Below, in pieces: positions 1 to 13,396 of a DNA stretch of 64,000 nt. The DNA lies in NCBI GenBank assembly GCA_001662655.1, contig KV460247.1; one strand, 5' to 3'. Source of the stretch: Pseudogymnoascus verrucosus (lineage: Eukaryota). The translations under genes were made by a program, and so were the position numbers. Position 1 is the first letter of the stretch, and each line of letters begins with the position of its first letter. The notes under the pieces were generated by a model. It was not told the origin of the DNA, made no database searches, and saw only the letters and a program-made list of their open reading frames with translations.

Positions 1-774
1 GCAACCTCTCCCCCATCAGCTGCGGCCAGCACCTCGAACATCAGCTCCCCACAGGCAGATACCGCCACCCGCAACCCCTTCTTCAAGAACTTGGGCCAGC
101 CGATGGTTCCAGGAGCAGGCGCCCCTGTTGCATCGCCCCCCGTCGCATCGCCTCCTACACAGGACACAAACCCATTCCATCGTCTTCCTCCGCAACAAGC
201 TGCCGCCAAGGCTCCCGAGCCAGTCCAGCCCAGCCCAACAGGCGCAAGACCTTCTCGCGTCCGCCCAGAAGAAGACGAGTGGTCCGTTGTCGGTTCCGAC
301 CGCGAGGACTCCTCCGACGAAGAGGAAGGACCTGGTGCCGGAAACGCACGCCAGCTTGCCTCGATGCTATTTGGAACCATGGCGCCTCCCCGCCCACTTT
401 CTGCTGCCGATGACACACGCGCTTTCTCCCCGGTTAGCCCTGGCGTGACGTCCCCAGTGGCCGAGACTCCTACTCCCACTGGCGCTCCACCAGCACCTCC
501 CCCACCGCCTCCAATGCCTGGTATGGGCGCGCCGCCTAGTGCACCACCGCCACCTCCTATGCCTGGTATGGGTGCTCCTGGTGCGCCACCTCCGCCACCA
601 CCTCCTCCTCCAGGTGCGGGACCACCTCCGCCTCCGATGCCGCCTGCAGGCGGACCGCCAGCGGCGGGTAGACCTATGGCACTACTTGGCGAGATCCAGG
701 GCGGTCGCCAGCTGAGGAAGACGCAGACGAAGGATAACAGTAGCGCTTCGGTTGCGGGTAGGGTTTTGGATTAG
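1..774 (+). CDS. PAN1: Actin cytoskeleton-regulatory complex protein Pan1, C-terminal part (5' end outside window)
   Basis: NPF motifs (NPFF, TNPFHR), acidic EEDEWSVV...DSSDEE segment, poly-Pro tracts and terminal WH2 motif [19 protein letters not shown]; stop TAG at 772-774. Confidence 0.88.
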   Translation, partial: ATSPPSAAASTSNISSPQADTATRNPFFKNLGQPMVPGAGAPVASPPVASPPTQDTNPFHRLPPQQAAAKAPEPVQPSPTGARPSRVRPEEDEWSVVGSDREDSSDEEEGPGAGNARQLASMLFGTMAPPRPLSAADDTRAFSPVSPGVTSPVAETPTPTGAPPAPPPPPPMPGMGAPPSAPPPPPMPGMGAPGAPPPPPPPPPGAGPPPPPMPPAGGPPAAGRPMALLGEIQGGRQLRKTQTKDNSSASVAGRVLD

Positions 775-1031
775 TTTGTACAAAGATAGTGGAGGTGTTG
801 GGATTTGGATGAGGCTTGACGAGGTCGAGTAGAGTGTATGGTACATAGCAACCCCCTCGGGGTTTATTCTAGAAATCCTTTACCTTTATAACCACGCACA
901 TTTGTCTCATAGGTCTTTCGTGGATAATGGTCATGTATTGAATTTGTTATGGATCTCGCGGCATCCACATCTCCACTTGATAACCCCCCCACAAGCCCTC
1001 CAGCCCACCAAAAAAAAATGCAAAAAGATAA

Positions 1032-1150
1032 TGAACAGAGTGGGACTCGAACCCACGCCACTTTCGTGACCAGGAAACTATATGATGATATATCACATGT
1101 ATTAAGGTATAACCTTAACCTGGCGCCATAACCATCTCGGCCATCTGTCC
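1032..1150 (-). tRNA. tRNA-Leu(AAG) with a 37-nt intron (1076-1112)
   Basis: Minus strand GGACAGA-TGGCCGAGATGGTTATGGCG-CCAGG-TTAAGG-[intron]-T-CCTGG-TCACGAAAGTGG-CGTGGGTTCGAGTCCCAC-TCTGTTC-A: acceptor stem, A box, B box, long variable arm, anticodon AAG (1116-1114); intron carries CCTTAA complementary to the anticodon loop; oligo-T terminator follows. Confidence 0.95.
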
Positions 1151-1675
1151 TACTTGATGTGTTGAGGTGCGGTGTAATTTGGAATATTTGTTGCCGAAAA
1201 AGTTTTATATCAAAATCTCATAATATTATAATGTGGAAAAAATTATGAATTGTGAATTAATCGAAGATTATAGATTTTTTGGGGGGATTTATTTAGCTTA
1301 GATAATATAGTATAATATATTTAAATGGGATATCGCTATAAATACAAAAGCTAACTAAGAGCTTAGTTATACAGCCTGCAGATGAGGCGTGGCTTGACGT
1401 AGACAATATTACAGTCTGCCGTTAATATCATACAATGTCCCTGCTGCTTGTACACACATTAGAATGCCTATCCGTTGCCTGCAGCCCTCGTACAAGCAGG
1501 TGTATCCGCCGCCAAAGGCAGCTGTGCCCCAACAGCCCTTATCCCAAACTAAGGCAGGCCACGGCCCTCGATAGTCGGTATGCCGCAGTGATATCGCCTC
1601 GTCATATCCAATGCGCCTTTGTATCTTGACTCCTTCCATAACACAGCCTACACAGTCTCAAAGTTGAATCGGCAA

Positions 1676-2109
1676 TCACGGTTGCTTGGGCTTCGCTAGG
1701 GCAGCTTCGAGCTGACTCTCGAGTTGAAGGATTTCATCTAAATATGTGTGAGTTCGTCACTCTGCACCGCTCGTGGCATGGTCCATACTTTGTCGCTCCG
1801 ACTTGATCTCGTCCTTCTCCAGCTTCACCCAGAAGTAGTACGATAGTTGGTATGTGAATGTTGCCATGAGCAGGACCTTTGCGATCGGGCGGGTGAAGGT
1901 TTTGTAGAAGTTTACCTGTTGGGGCCAGGGAAATTAGCTTCGTCAACACGCGGGCTGGGAATAGCTGCACGTACGTGACCAGATACGGGCTTGGGGGCGT
2001 CGCCGGCGGGTGGTGGTGATGAAGCAAATGCGCGACGGAAAGAGGTGACGGAGCGGCGGGTGTTGGTTTGTCGTAGAGCACGAAGGGATATGCTCAGAGG
2101 TGATGCCAT
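1676..2109 (-). CDS. INA17: Mitochondrial inner membrane assembly complex subunit Ina17-like protein, 3 exons
   Basis: Arg/Ser-rich presequence MASPLSISLRALRQ...; spliced (GTACGT..CAG, GTATGG..TAG) into NFYKTFTRPIAKVLLMATFTYQLSYYFWVKLEKDEIKSERQ...EILQLESQLE, one TM then coiled coil, resembling the Ina17 family from memory. Confidence 0.7.
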
Positions 2110-2514
2110 CTTGATTGAAAGAAGGAGTATATATGAAATGCTGACTTTACAAAAGACCCCTTGTTAAATCGTTGTTGGGCACAGATTATTTATTGATCGA
2201 TGTTGCTTGACCAGGGTGCTCTACGATGGAGGTGGTTCCCCGGAAAGTCAAAATCAGGAACAGTGTCCCACCTCGGCTTCTCCCGCTAGAGTTACTATAG
2301 CTTAGTGGTGGAAGCTACTTTGGTCATGTACATGTCGTGCGACCTGGGGGACACCGTTTCTAAATCCAGCCATTTCTCAACTCCAACGACGATCCATCTT
2401 CCAACAATTATCCCAATTAACTCCCGATAAACCTACAATCTCATATTCGAATAGAATTCGATCAGATCAACTTCGGAAACCTACCGAGATCGCTCCAAGT
2501 AACACACAGCCAAA

Positions 2515-2832
2515 ATGGTAAGTAAGACACGCGGGCCGTGTAGATACAATGCTGATCTCCCTCCCTGCAGGCGCAAACACCACAACAACGGATTAGCAAC
2601 CAGAAGTTTGCCAAAGTGAACACGGCCAAGATGGGAAAGCCAGAGGGCACATTGAAGAAGAAACAGCAAACATTTAAGTCGCCGGTGTCTCCTATCTGGC
2701 TTAGTATGTCAAACCACAACCCCCCCCCGACTGCCTTTCAACCGCTAATCTGTCTACTTTCTAGTCCTTTTAGCATTCGTGGTGTTCGGCGGCCTGATAT
2801 TCGAGTTAATTTCGAGGATATTCTTCAGATAA
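2515..2832 (+). CDS. YSY6: RAMP4/SERP1 family ribosome-associated ER membrane protein, 3 exons
   Basis: ATG|GTAAGT intron, then AQTPQQRISNQKFAK...KSPVSPIWL|ILLAFVVFGGLIFELISRIFFR*; typical RAMP4 pattern with C-terminal TM. Confidence 0.9.
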
Positions 2833-3037
2833 ATGAGGCGGATCAAGGCGGTGGTGAAATCGATACGAGGGGCAAGCGCAACGTGGCTATATCCAACAAA
2901 ATGCGCGACCGGAACTTCAAGCTACACATTGTACCAAACATTATACCTCAGACTCAATTTAACATAAGAATTGAAGATTGATGCTTTCCAAGTCCATAAA
3001 GATTCACACAAGCCGTGCGCCATATATAAGCTCCCTA

Positions 3038-3956
3038 CTAAGCACCGAGCCCCATCCTCTTGCTGTGCCCACCATGCTTCAACCGGATACCAGCCTCAAA
3101 CTGCCTCTCAAGTTCGCTCTGTACTTTCTCAATATCATTGCTAGCACTCCCGCTGGACCGAGCCGGTTTTGCACTCGCAGCAGCACCTGCATTCTTCCCA
3201 GCTCCAAGTAACCTGAGAAACTTAGATTTCCTTGCGGCGTCACCAGATAAGGCATCTGGGTTCCATTGCTCAGCGCTCGCTGCGGCGGGCTCGGCCGATT
3301 TTGGCTTTTCCGACTTCTTGGAGTCTGCATCCTTCTTTTTTGACTTGTGGCTCTTATCTTCTGATTTAGGCGCCGCTTTCTTCGACGGCAAGGCTGTAGC
3401 TTCTGGTGCCGCCTTGGCCGAAGCTTCTTTCTCCTTCCGTAACTTCCGCAACCTCTTCCTCTCTTTCTTAGCTGCATCTTCATCTACCTCCTCAGTCTGT
3501 TCGTTGTCCTCCCCGTCATTGCTTGCTTTCGTTGCGTCATCGTCGGAATCAACAGCCTTTTTCGACTTCTTACACTTCTTTGCTTTCTTAGATTCTTTCT
3601 CCTTATCCTCATCCTCCTGCTCGGCCCCAGAATGCTTTCGTTTCTTCGATTTGCTCGGCGCCTCTGTCTCGACCGTATCCTCAGCCTTGCGTGCCTCAGC
3701 CTTGGCAAGTTTTCTCGCAGCCTTCGCGGCGGCCTTTATAGTTTCAGCATCTTCGACCTGCTCCGTTGAAGCCTCGGTCTCCTTTTGCTTCTTGAGAGCT
3801 GGTACGGAATGTTAGTAAATATAATGGCAGGCGTGTGGTGTGAATCAATTCAATACCTTTTTTCTCTCGTTTGGCCGCCTTGTCCTTTTTTCTTTGTTCC
3901 TTGGTAATGGATGGAGTAGCTGGGAGCTCGGGGCTGTCTTCTTTCGAATGAGCCAT
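3038..3956 (-). CDS. Lys/Glu-rich protein with C-terminal SMAP (small acidic protein-like) domain, 1 intron
   Basis: C-terminal EQWNPDALSGDAARKSKFLRLLGAGK...SELERQFEAG...RMGLGA motif; KKE-rich N-terminus; intron ~3799-3857. Confidence 0.8.
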
Positions 3957-4317
3957 GTTCAATCGAAGCGGTTACCGCTAAACTCTGCGTTGAAGCTATG
4001 AGGCGATCTTTGATATTGGAGAGAGCGATTGAGGTTCTCAGGGAACCGCGGTGCTCGTCAAATTTCAGGTCTGGAGAATAAGGTTATCGATAAGACAATC
4101 TTGACTGGAGCTGTCAGATTCGAGTCACGTGCGTATTTATCATGTCTCACAAAATTGATTTATAGTACAATCGAACACTTCTAGATACCCAATGAGTATA
4201 ATAAGGTTGATATATAATAAGTAGCCTTATAGTATGGGTTGTCAAGCGACGGTAGAGTCGGTTGATCAAATCTACCAGATCAAGACCATATGCGCTCAAA
4301 ATCTAACAGCTGCTACC

Positions 4318-7300
4318 TTATGGCTGATTGGCCTTCTCAGCATCCCCCTCCACACCGCCTGCCTCAGGCTCCTTGGCCTTGACTTTCTTCTTCTTCTTCT
4401 TTACCGTAGTAACTTCAGCAGACCCATCCGCTTGCTCTGCTTTCTTCTTCGAGCGAACTTTCCCAGTCGCTTCATCACCAACAGCCTTGACCTTTTTCTT
4501 CTTCTTCTTAACCACAGTCCCCTCTGGAGGAACACCCTGGGCAGCCTGGATACGCTCATTTGCACGTTGCATTTCCAGCCTCAGCTTCTCAACCTCTTGC
4601 ATTGCCTTTGCCATCTCCTCTTCCTCCTTCTGATTGTGATGATGCTCGTACTCTGCTGATCCTCCGCTGACGTTATCGTCACCTTCAAGAGCAAATTCCC
4701 CAATGTTACTTGAGTCTACAAGAAGCGGTGATCGTTTTGGCTTTGTTCGAGCTCGTGGTTGCCCTTCTAAACTGGCCTCGGAATCATCGTTCCTCGGCGT
4801 TGAGGTGCCACTAGCAGCGAGTGTCTCATCCGCTGCAACCTGGATACGTTGACGAGGCTTGACAGGCGCCCGCTTTTTGGGCTTTTGCTCTGGAGCAACC
4901 GATGGCATCTTTCCAAGGTCGAGTTGCATGATTGGTATAGAGTCGATGTCAAGGTCATTCCCGTTGCCACTTCGGATGATCGTGTCGAAAGGGGTAGATG
5001 TAGAAGATTCGGAACTGATACCAGCAATGTAGAATGGGTCATCTTTATTTCTTTCCAGTCTCTCGGCCCTCCTCCTAGCCACAATGTCGGGATCCAAGTA
5101 CGTATCTTCGGTATCGCGCTGATACGACTGAGGTTTCTCTTCGGGGGTTTCTGCGAGGCGGTTTATTGCCGGGTCTGCCATTGATAAACTCAAAGTGGAT
5201 GGTCTCTGATGGTAGTACTCTTGGAATTCGTCTTCATCGGTTCTCTCGTACGCTCCTGAGTCGGCTCCCCTGAGGAGCTCATTTAAATTCGCAGTGATGG
5301 GTTGATCAAGGTTCAGATTGGCCGGCATAGGTACATTGCTCTGGGCGCCTGGAGCAATGGAGTGGAGATCAAGGCCTGCAAAAAGTGACGGTATTGCCTG
5401 GGTTAACAATAAAGGTGCGTCGTACTGATCCCCCGTTGACGATGCCTCTTGGCCAGCAGAGGCCTCTGCAGCTAACCGTAGGAGTTCCACAAATTCTGTA
5501 GTTCTCTCTTGCACCTCCAGGTTCGGGTGCAACGCCAATGGCTCCATAGTATGTAGTATGCGAGCCATCAAAAGTGAAAGCATGGTTTTCCTCTCAGCGG
5601 ACCACTCCATAGATTCGTTACCTGACAAATGGGCAAAAACCTTTGGTATGGCTTGTAGTGTCATCGCGAGCACCTCGGGGTCCGATTGTGGTTTTGTAAA
5701 ATGCAGGAGACCAACCAGCACGTCTTCTGGATAGGATAAATACGAGGCGTACTCTCCCACAACCCAAGTCACAGGCCGTAAGATGCCCCTTTTCTCGGCA
5801 ATTTGGGACACTGCCCCGTGCAAACCATCCACTATTATGGATTCCGCAGCTCTCGTAGCACTCGCACGTATTGCTTTAACCTTGACGGCAACGTTTCGTA
5901 ACTCATTTCCTATATTTTCAGCCACATCTGACTCCCCAGAGTCGTTGGCGAGAGTATGTGAGTCGGCAGCAGAAGTTGGAATGTGCCTGGGCGCGTTGCG
6001 GGCGAGTTGAATCAGGATATCAATATACCACTCAAAATCAACAAGGTTGCTGTAATTGTTGCTTGAGCACATCTTTAAAATCCTCAGGATAACATCATTC
6101 CTGTAGTCGTCCGGAAGAGAATATGTAGCGGCGTTCCGATTCGATCTCATATTTATCTCTGGGTTTTCTTCGTCAGAATCGAATGCGGCTGGACTGGGTG
6201 AACCGCTATCCTGAGAATCCGTCGCGGTTACGCTCCGTAATTGGCGCATTAATCGACCAACAATAGACATGAGATTATCGCTGCTGACCATTCCCACAAC
6301 CAGATCTAGTGCTCGCAGTCTGATGGACATATCTGGACTGTCTATGCAGTCCATTATAACGTCTTCTTGCTGTGATACGAGATATGGGTGAGTCAATACA
6401 ATCTGGTTGAAGGCTAACAATGCAACGTATTTCACTGAACATTGTTAGGCCAGACTCATAATTCATGGAAGGGGAGATACTTACAGTTAGGGTCGCCTTC
6501 AACCATTATCATACCACGAAGCTTGGTGACACATAACGTAGCAATCTCATCCTCGCTTTCATCGTCCGTCCCTCCCAATATCCCGCCTTGAATAATGCCA
6601 TTGATACATTCATACAAAAGCGACATTGCCGGTGTAGTCCGGATGATTGATGTTAGAGGAGGTAATAATTTCTTAACAAGGCGAGGCTCTAAGGGGGTCA
6701 TTGTCGCAAACTAGTCAAGTCAGTATTGTTTCCCCATAATAGAGAAGGCTCATGGCGACTGACAAGTTTGATTAATTTGATTGCCATCCAGTTGTTTCCT
6801 CCATCAACCAGTAGTTCAAACAACCTCGGGGCTAATGGCAGGAAATCCTGGGGACGCCGCCAACCCAGCTCACAGATTACATTGACAATGGCCGCAGTAA
6901 CACTGGAGTCTTCGTTGTCGTCCATCAGACGTTCTTTGATTTTGGGCCACGCCGGCCGCAGCGTTTCGGGGTAAACTAAGGCCAGGCGATATATGGTAAC
7001 GATTGTCTTTTTCCGAACCGTTGGACTGGAGTGTGTTAAACGAGGAAGTAAGTCGGATAGCACGGACATGGCTAAAGATGAGGTGATAATGTGAGGTAGA
7101 GTTATAATTGGGAGAGACATTGTCGTTAGAGATGCGGAGACGATGTCCTTGCCATAACGTCAGTATAGTTCTCAGCTTATAAGATGGTCGACATGTACCT
7201 TCTTCAACAAATTTGTCGCCAACATCAAGACTTCTGTATCCGGGCGGAAACTTTGGACGGCTCCAAGGTAGCCAACCCTCTTTTGTATGTATTTGGCGGA

Positions 7301-7624
7301 GGACATGACTTCAAGGACGTGGAAGGAAGCCCAGGACATATCATGTCCGAACATTTCGAGATAGACAAGTTTCAGCAAAGCCGTGGCCTTGACATCTGAA
7401 GAGACAGTCAGTACAACTGTATGGAAGCCGTAGAATATAGACTAACCCATGTCCTGCCCACGAATCTCTGCCCGACATTCTTTCAAGCTGTTTTGTATGT
7501 ATGCCTTCTCGTCGCCCTTGTGGTTCCGCAGTCCTCTTATGAGGTCGTAGAGGGATTTTTCAAACCTGAAACGGGTCAATAAAGCTCTCGGCAGCTTTCA
7601 TATATGAGTGGAGAGGACGTACAT
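4318..7624 (-). CDS. APL5: AP-3 adaptor complex delta subunit, multi-exon
   Basis: MFEKSLYDLIRGLRNHKG..., YLEMFGHDMSWASFHVLEVMSS, GNNWMAIKLIKL, DSPDMSIRLRALDL, LEVQER, DDPFYI: conserved AP-3 delta motifs across exons. Confidence 0.95.
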
Positions 7625-8044
7625 CTTGAGGCTCTGTCACAGGATGCTCCCTCGACATCCATGAGAGCTGTTCAAGCACCCCGATATCAACGAACAGGAT
7701 GGGGCGGATAGAGTGCCACCAGCTTCTATATTACTCTTCGGAAGGCAACCCTCAAAGTAGAATATTATAAGAAAGTGTCGCCGAAGTGCTAGGCCATTTG
7801 TTGTCTCAATACACCGTAGCAGCACATTATCGGCGTCTCGAAGTTGTTGCCCCACCAAACGAGACAGGTCTTGGGTGCATCATGGTCGAAGAACGCGGCC
7901 CGCTACCTTGGTGGACCGTGCACCCTTTGCGTGGGTTCAATATGTACCATCAACCTCACCTCATATGGTTGTGCCTCATCAGTCCAATATAAGCTGTTGC
8001 ATCTCCTGGAATTATATTTCAACGGATAGCTCTACACAAAGAAG

Positions 8045-9177
8045 ATGTCTTCGTCAATTCTCCACCCGCCAGCCCACCTGCCGCCCTCGGTAGCTCTGCA
8101 ATTGTCTCAACAAGCTCCAGCGCTACTTTCCACGACCCCATCATCGATCGCTCCATACTCTCTTTCATCCGTATATGCTGCGCCAGAAACCCCAGAACTA
8201 TGGACAACCTACGAAAATCTGATGCTATCATGCCTACGCACTGGCGACAAGCATTCGGCCCGCGTATGCTTGGACAGGCTGTTGAGCAGGTTTGGGGAGA
8301 GCAATGAGAGGATCATGGCATTACAAGGACTATACCGGGAAGCAACAGCGGAGAGTGATAGCGATCTGCAAAAGGTTCTCACGGAATACGATTATATACT
8401 CAAGGGCGACCCTGGCAATATGGTTCGTTGGTCCGCTTTCCGTACTATAGGAACCTAGCTGACCTCTTTACAGCCCGTTTCGAAACGGCGCATAGCTCTC
8501 CTGAAGTCCATGGGAAAACAGGCAGAGGCCATTTCAGCCCTTGCTCAATTTCTCGACTGTTCTCCAACTGATGCGGAAGCGTGGGCCGAAATCAGCGACT
8601 TATATGCTTCCCAAGGACTCTATCAGCAGAGCATCTTTGCTTTGGAGGAGGTCTTGTTAATAACACCGAACGCTTGGAATGTAAGGATATTATAAACCGC
8701 TCTACAAATCTATTGGCTGACCATTGAAAGATACACGCGAGACTTGGAGAGCTCCTATTCACCAGCGCTGGGACCGACGGAAGTACAGGGAAGGATAGCA
8801 CCACCGAAAAGTACATCTACGAATCTGTACGAAGGTTCTCAAGAAGTATCGAGCTATGCGATGATTATCTCAGGGGGTTTTACGGCTTGAAGCTTGTATG
8901 TTGGCCATATATAAATAGCATCCTCGCGAAAACTAACCTTTGATAGGCAACCGCTCGTGCATTGCTTACCCTGTCGGAAGGGTCGAATAAGTCCAAGGCT
9001 GATTCGACACCGAGCCTCAAAACTATACAGAGCCTTAACCTGCTTGCAACTGCCAAACTTACAGAAATTGTGCGCCGGAGCGTCGCACGAGAAGCGGGTT
9101 GGGAGGGATATGACGCAGCAGAGCTGATCGCAGCACGAGAACTACTTGACCGAGACGCAGTCAAAACCATCCGTTAG
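8045..9177 (+). CDS. EMC2: ER membrane protein complex subunit 2 (TPR protein, Oca3-like), 4 exons
   Basis: ELWTTYENLMLSCLRTGD, FLDCSPTDAEAWAEISDLY...FALEEVLLITPNAWN|IHARLGE, RSIELCDDYLRGFYGLKL; three canonical introns. Confidence 0.9.
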
Positions 9178-10222
9178 TTCGGTGCGGTGACGCGGGCAAG
9201 GAATATCCACGCAAGGTACGGGGCTGATTGATGAGCGCTGTATTCTGAAGACCCGGATGTAGGGCTGACGATCGCGTCTCGATCCGAAAATCGAGACAAT
9301 CCGGTCAGACCATGATGGCGATGGTGGACCCAATTGCCACAACTTCAATTGTCGTGGCGTTACTCTGTGATGGCATTGTGCCAAGGAGCGGATTTTGTTT
9401 AGCTGTTATAGTACGTGGCATGTCTGATCGCGCCGGAAGTACTTTTGGGCGTTGGGGCCTGATAGGGCCAAAAGAAGATGTGGCTTTCTTTTCATGCAGG
9501 ATCGCGGAAGGCTTGGGCATCAACCTTGATCTTGGGCGGCAGTTTTTTGTTCGGTGAGCCTCGACGACTGTTTTAACCTGGTTCCAAGGCACTGGATTGG
9601 ATCTGATCCCCAGCGCTTTCTCCGACAATTAATCCCTGTTGCCTTGGAATGCGTGGCCTTGGGCTGTTGCGCAAATTGCCCAACGCACTGAATTCACCAA
9701 ACACCAGCTCCCTATATCGTGTAGATTCCTTGATGAGATCCACTGGGCTCCATATTGAGTCACATTCAGGTGTTGCCAGATTTTCTTGTGGGCTGTTTTT
9801 GGATTGACAGCAAATTTTCATCACTGTGGCCGGGCAATCCTGGGTGGAGCTTGGGCATTGGCATGTGTATATTAGACAAGAACGGCCACGAAATAAAATG
9901 TCAATAACTCTTCAGATTGATATTGTGCCGACACATTCCACACAGTATTTGTACCACAGTGTATAAGTGTTTTCCACAATCCACAGGCTTTTTTTGACAT
10001 TTGGGTTGTTCCTCAACCACACAAACTACAAGGCGAATCTCTCAGAACCAATATGTTCGTGACCTTCAGGAATCTTTTCAGAAAACTATATTCATTCCCA
10101 AAGAAAAGGCCATAGGATCGGAAAAGGAGCCTTACATTTATCCCTACAAATACCGGACTGCCTGGCCCACTCGAACGGAGGACTTTATACAGCCACTCCA
10201 CCCCATAGGACGGACACTGGAT

Positions 10223-10252
10223 CTTTTTTTTCTCTCTCTCTCTCTCTCTCTC
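10223..10252. repeat. Poly-T plus (CT)n microsatellite
   Basis: T-run followed by about ten CT units. Confidence 0.85.
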
Positions 10253-11332
10253 AACAGCATCGCATATCCTGCGAGTATTTTTTTTGGCAGTTCCACATCC
10301 ACAACAGGACAGGGCTTCGCCACATATCCTGGAGGCTGCCCAAAGACCAGAGGAGACAAACAGAACCACCTTTTGGAGTCACCCCGTTACACTGATTACT
10401 TTATTATTTTGGAAACCCTTGGAAACCACAGACCAAGGATACCTCTTCGCTACATCTTTAAACTGATCGCGAGGTGGTCAAGTACAGCATTACTTTTATA
10501 TATCTACCTTGATAGACCATCAACCCACGAAAAAGGTTTGTCTTATTCGAAAACAATCCTAGCTGGCTGCAGACAGTATTCCAACGACGACTCCCGCCCG
10601 AGCCATTTGTTTGTTGATGACTGACGGGAATGCCGATGTTAAACAAGTGTTTGTCGGGAATCCACTGCATTTCTTTTCGATTTCGCCGTCTTCGGGCTGT
10701 TTTTTTTTTGCTGTAGACCATGGTGGTGCCTTGCCAACGGTGTCTTAATTGCCATCAGCCCCTCCCTTCCCCCCCGTTCCCTTTATTTACTTCAGGTGCA
10801 CGACCACCACCACATATTGAAACCCCTCACTAACCATAATCGCATCTCAGTGCAGATATCGTCCTGACACACTTTTACCCCGTCAACCATCCCCAAAGCA
10901 ACGCCGTTACGAAGTAGTCGTCATCGCATATACCACGCTATATCCATCTACCCGCGACAAATCAAATATCGATCACTCACAAATAGATCGCATGTACCTT
11001 GTTGACGTCTCGGCCCCACATCCCCACGAGTACCAAACAACCAAAGTAAACAAAACAACACACCAAACTCTGCACCGATCACCGTTTTTACCTGTTGTTT
11101 CGCCGTTTTACTCGCGCGACAAGCATTTGGCGGTCAAGAAGATCCAGCCAGTTGTTGGCGCCTTACATATCGACCGCGAAAAAAATCCACATTTCAGCCG
11201 TAGCCTGTTGCAGCCGACCCATACCTGCGTGTCAACGCCAGGGATTATAAACACAAAAAGGATATCTCCGTCTCGACTCTCCCCCAAAGGAGACGGTCGC
11301 GACCTGGAGATATACCCTACACCGAAGTACAA

Positions 11333-13396
11333 ATGCCGCAGCCGTAAGTCATACATTCCTTTTCCTTTTAATAAGACACTCTCCCCCAAGGCCCAACGCA
11401 GACATCGACATCCCACTGCACTTTCACCGCTCCGAGACCCCGCACTGCCCACTAACGTCACTGCGCAGAACCGTAACAATCGATCTCGATAACCACCACT
11501 CCCCGTCGCATAGCTCACAGTCATCCTACACGGACGGAGGCAGCTCAACAGGTACTGGAGTCCATGTCTCAAATACCATCGATAGCCCGGAAGATTCTGA
11601 CCTTCTAGACGATACATGGGATCCAGTATATTCCGACGACCTCGAACCCTCAGAGTCTGCTCCTCGTTCCAGACAGCAGCCGGTATATAGGGACTCGAGC
11701 CAACCCGCGCCGTCGATCCGCAGAGGCTCTTCTCGAAGGCAGGCATCGTCGTCTGACCACAGCTCTCGCCACCAGCAACCCCGCGCGCATCGGCCAAGGC
11801 CGAACCCGCCATCGAGTGTGGCTTCCATAGAAGACTACCCGGGCTATGGCCGAGGCTACCCACCGCAAAATCCTCCATATGGCGGCAGGGCTCCTCCGCC
11901 CCCGGCAGGATACCCGCCAAGCTTTGCCTCCGGCTACACTGGAGCTGGGCCGCCACCACCTTTCCCCGGAGCAGCTGGGTCGGTAGTGCCGTTCGGGCCG
12001 CCTCCTAGCTCGCACGGGTATCCCCAGAACCCCTTCTCACCCGCCGGCGGCGGTGGCCAGCACGGCTACTATCCGCCAGGACAGCACTATCCTCCTGGCC
12101 AGCAGCCACCTGGCGGCTTTGGTGGGCATGAAATGATGCCATACGGGCAAGCGCCACCATACGGCGGGTACCCTCCATACGGGGTGCCGCATCAAGGCCA
12201 AGGAACATCGGGAAGCCAATCACCTTATTATCACTATTCTCAGCCGGTCCCGCCTCCCCACGAGTCGCCTGCACCAACTCCAGCCCCGGCACCTGCGCCG
12301 GCGACTCCAGCACCACCTCCCGCGCCTGTACCTGACCCCGAAGTGGAAAAGAAGTTGGCAGAACTTGAAAAGGCACTTCAAGAATCACGAAAACTTTTCA
12401 ACGACAAGGTGGCGCAAGAGCAAAAGGCAAGGGATGACGCCGAACATGCTGCCGCCACAAATAAAAAGGTCGCCGAGGAAGTTGCCAAGATGAAGGCAGC
12501 GATGGAAGAGGCGGCAAGAGCTAAGGAAGTTGCCGACGCGAAGGCCAAGTTTGACGCTGAGGTTGCCGCCGTGCAGAAGGTAAAGGACGACGCGGAGAAG
12601 GCAATAGTTGAAGCCGAGGCGAAGAAGAAGTTCGAAGCAGATTTGAAGGCCAAATTTGAAGAGGAGATCAAGGTGGCCAAGGCTAAAGCAGACGCCGCAA
12701 AAGCTGAAGCCGAGGCAAAGAACAAGTACGAAGCAGATTTGAAGGCCAAATTTGAGGAGGAGATCAAGGCGGCTAAGGCTGAAGTGGACGCCGCAAAAGC
12801 TTTGGCTGCCCCGCCGAAGGACGAGAAGAAGAAGCCGATTAAGTTCAAGGATGCTGTCGGCCGCAAGTTCAGTTTCCCGTACCACCTTTGCCAAACATGG
12901 GCAGTAAGTTTTTCGGTTCGCTGGTGTAAATATGTACTAACAGTAATAGGGCATGGAAGATCTCATCCGACAAGCATTCCTTCACGTGGACGTCATTGGC
13001 CCTCACGTCCAGGAAGGCCATTATGACCTGATTGGACCCAATGGCGAGATTATTCTTCCCCAAGTATGGGAGACGATGATTGAGCCCGACTGGGCAATTA
13101 CAATGCACATGTGGCCTATGCCCGAGCCTCCAAAGCCAGAACCTGGCCCGCCTCCGCCACCTCCCCAAGCTCATGGAGGGAAACGACACTCGCAGAAGGC
13201 GCCGCCTAAGAGGCGAGACGGGCCTCCCCCCCCACCACCCCCTGATGGTGGCTGGGCTGGTGGTCCTGGAGGAATAACTGCGGGTGTTCTGGTGATGGAT
13301 GACAATGTTCCGAAGAAGAAGAAGACCGAGAAATCATCTTGGAGTCTATTTGGAAGCGGCGGAAGCAAACCTGCGAAGAGTGGGAAGGGAAGGTGA
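11333..13396 (+). CDS. Fungal Pro/Gly-rich, coiled-coil protein with conserved C-terminal ubiquitin-like domain ('KAP-like'), 3 exons
   Basis: ATG CCG CAG CC|GTAAGT intron (11344-11468, CTAAC branch) joins an open frame upstream of the listed ORF; conserved PIKFKDAVGRKFSFPYHLCQTW|GMEDLIRQAFLHVDVIGPHVQEGHYDLIGPNGEIILPQVWE domain. Confidence 0.8.
12610..12801 (+). repeat. Intragenic 96-bp tandem duplication (2 copies)
   Basis: GAAGCCGAGGC...GAAGCAGATTTGAAGGCCAAATTTGA...GACGCCGCAAAAGCT at 12610 and 12706; encodes two 32-aa coiled-coil units. Confidence 0.9.

Noticed and set aside
10001..10624. 207-aa ORF
   Set aside because: TTG start, runs through a microsatellite, no codon bias or motifs.
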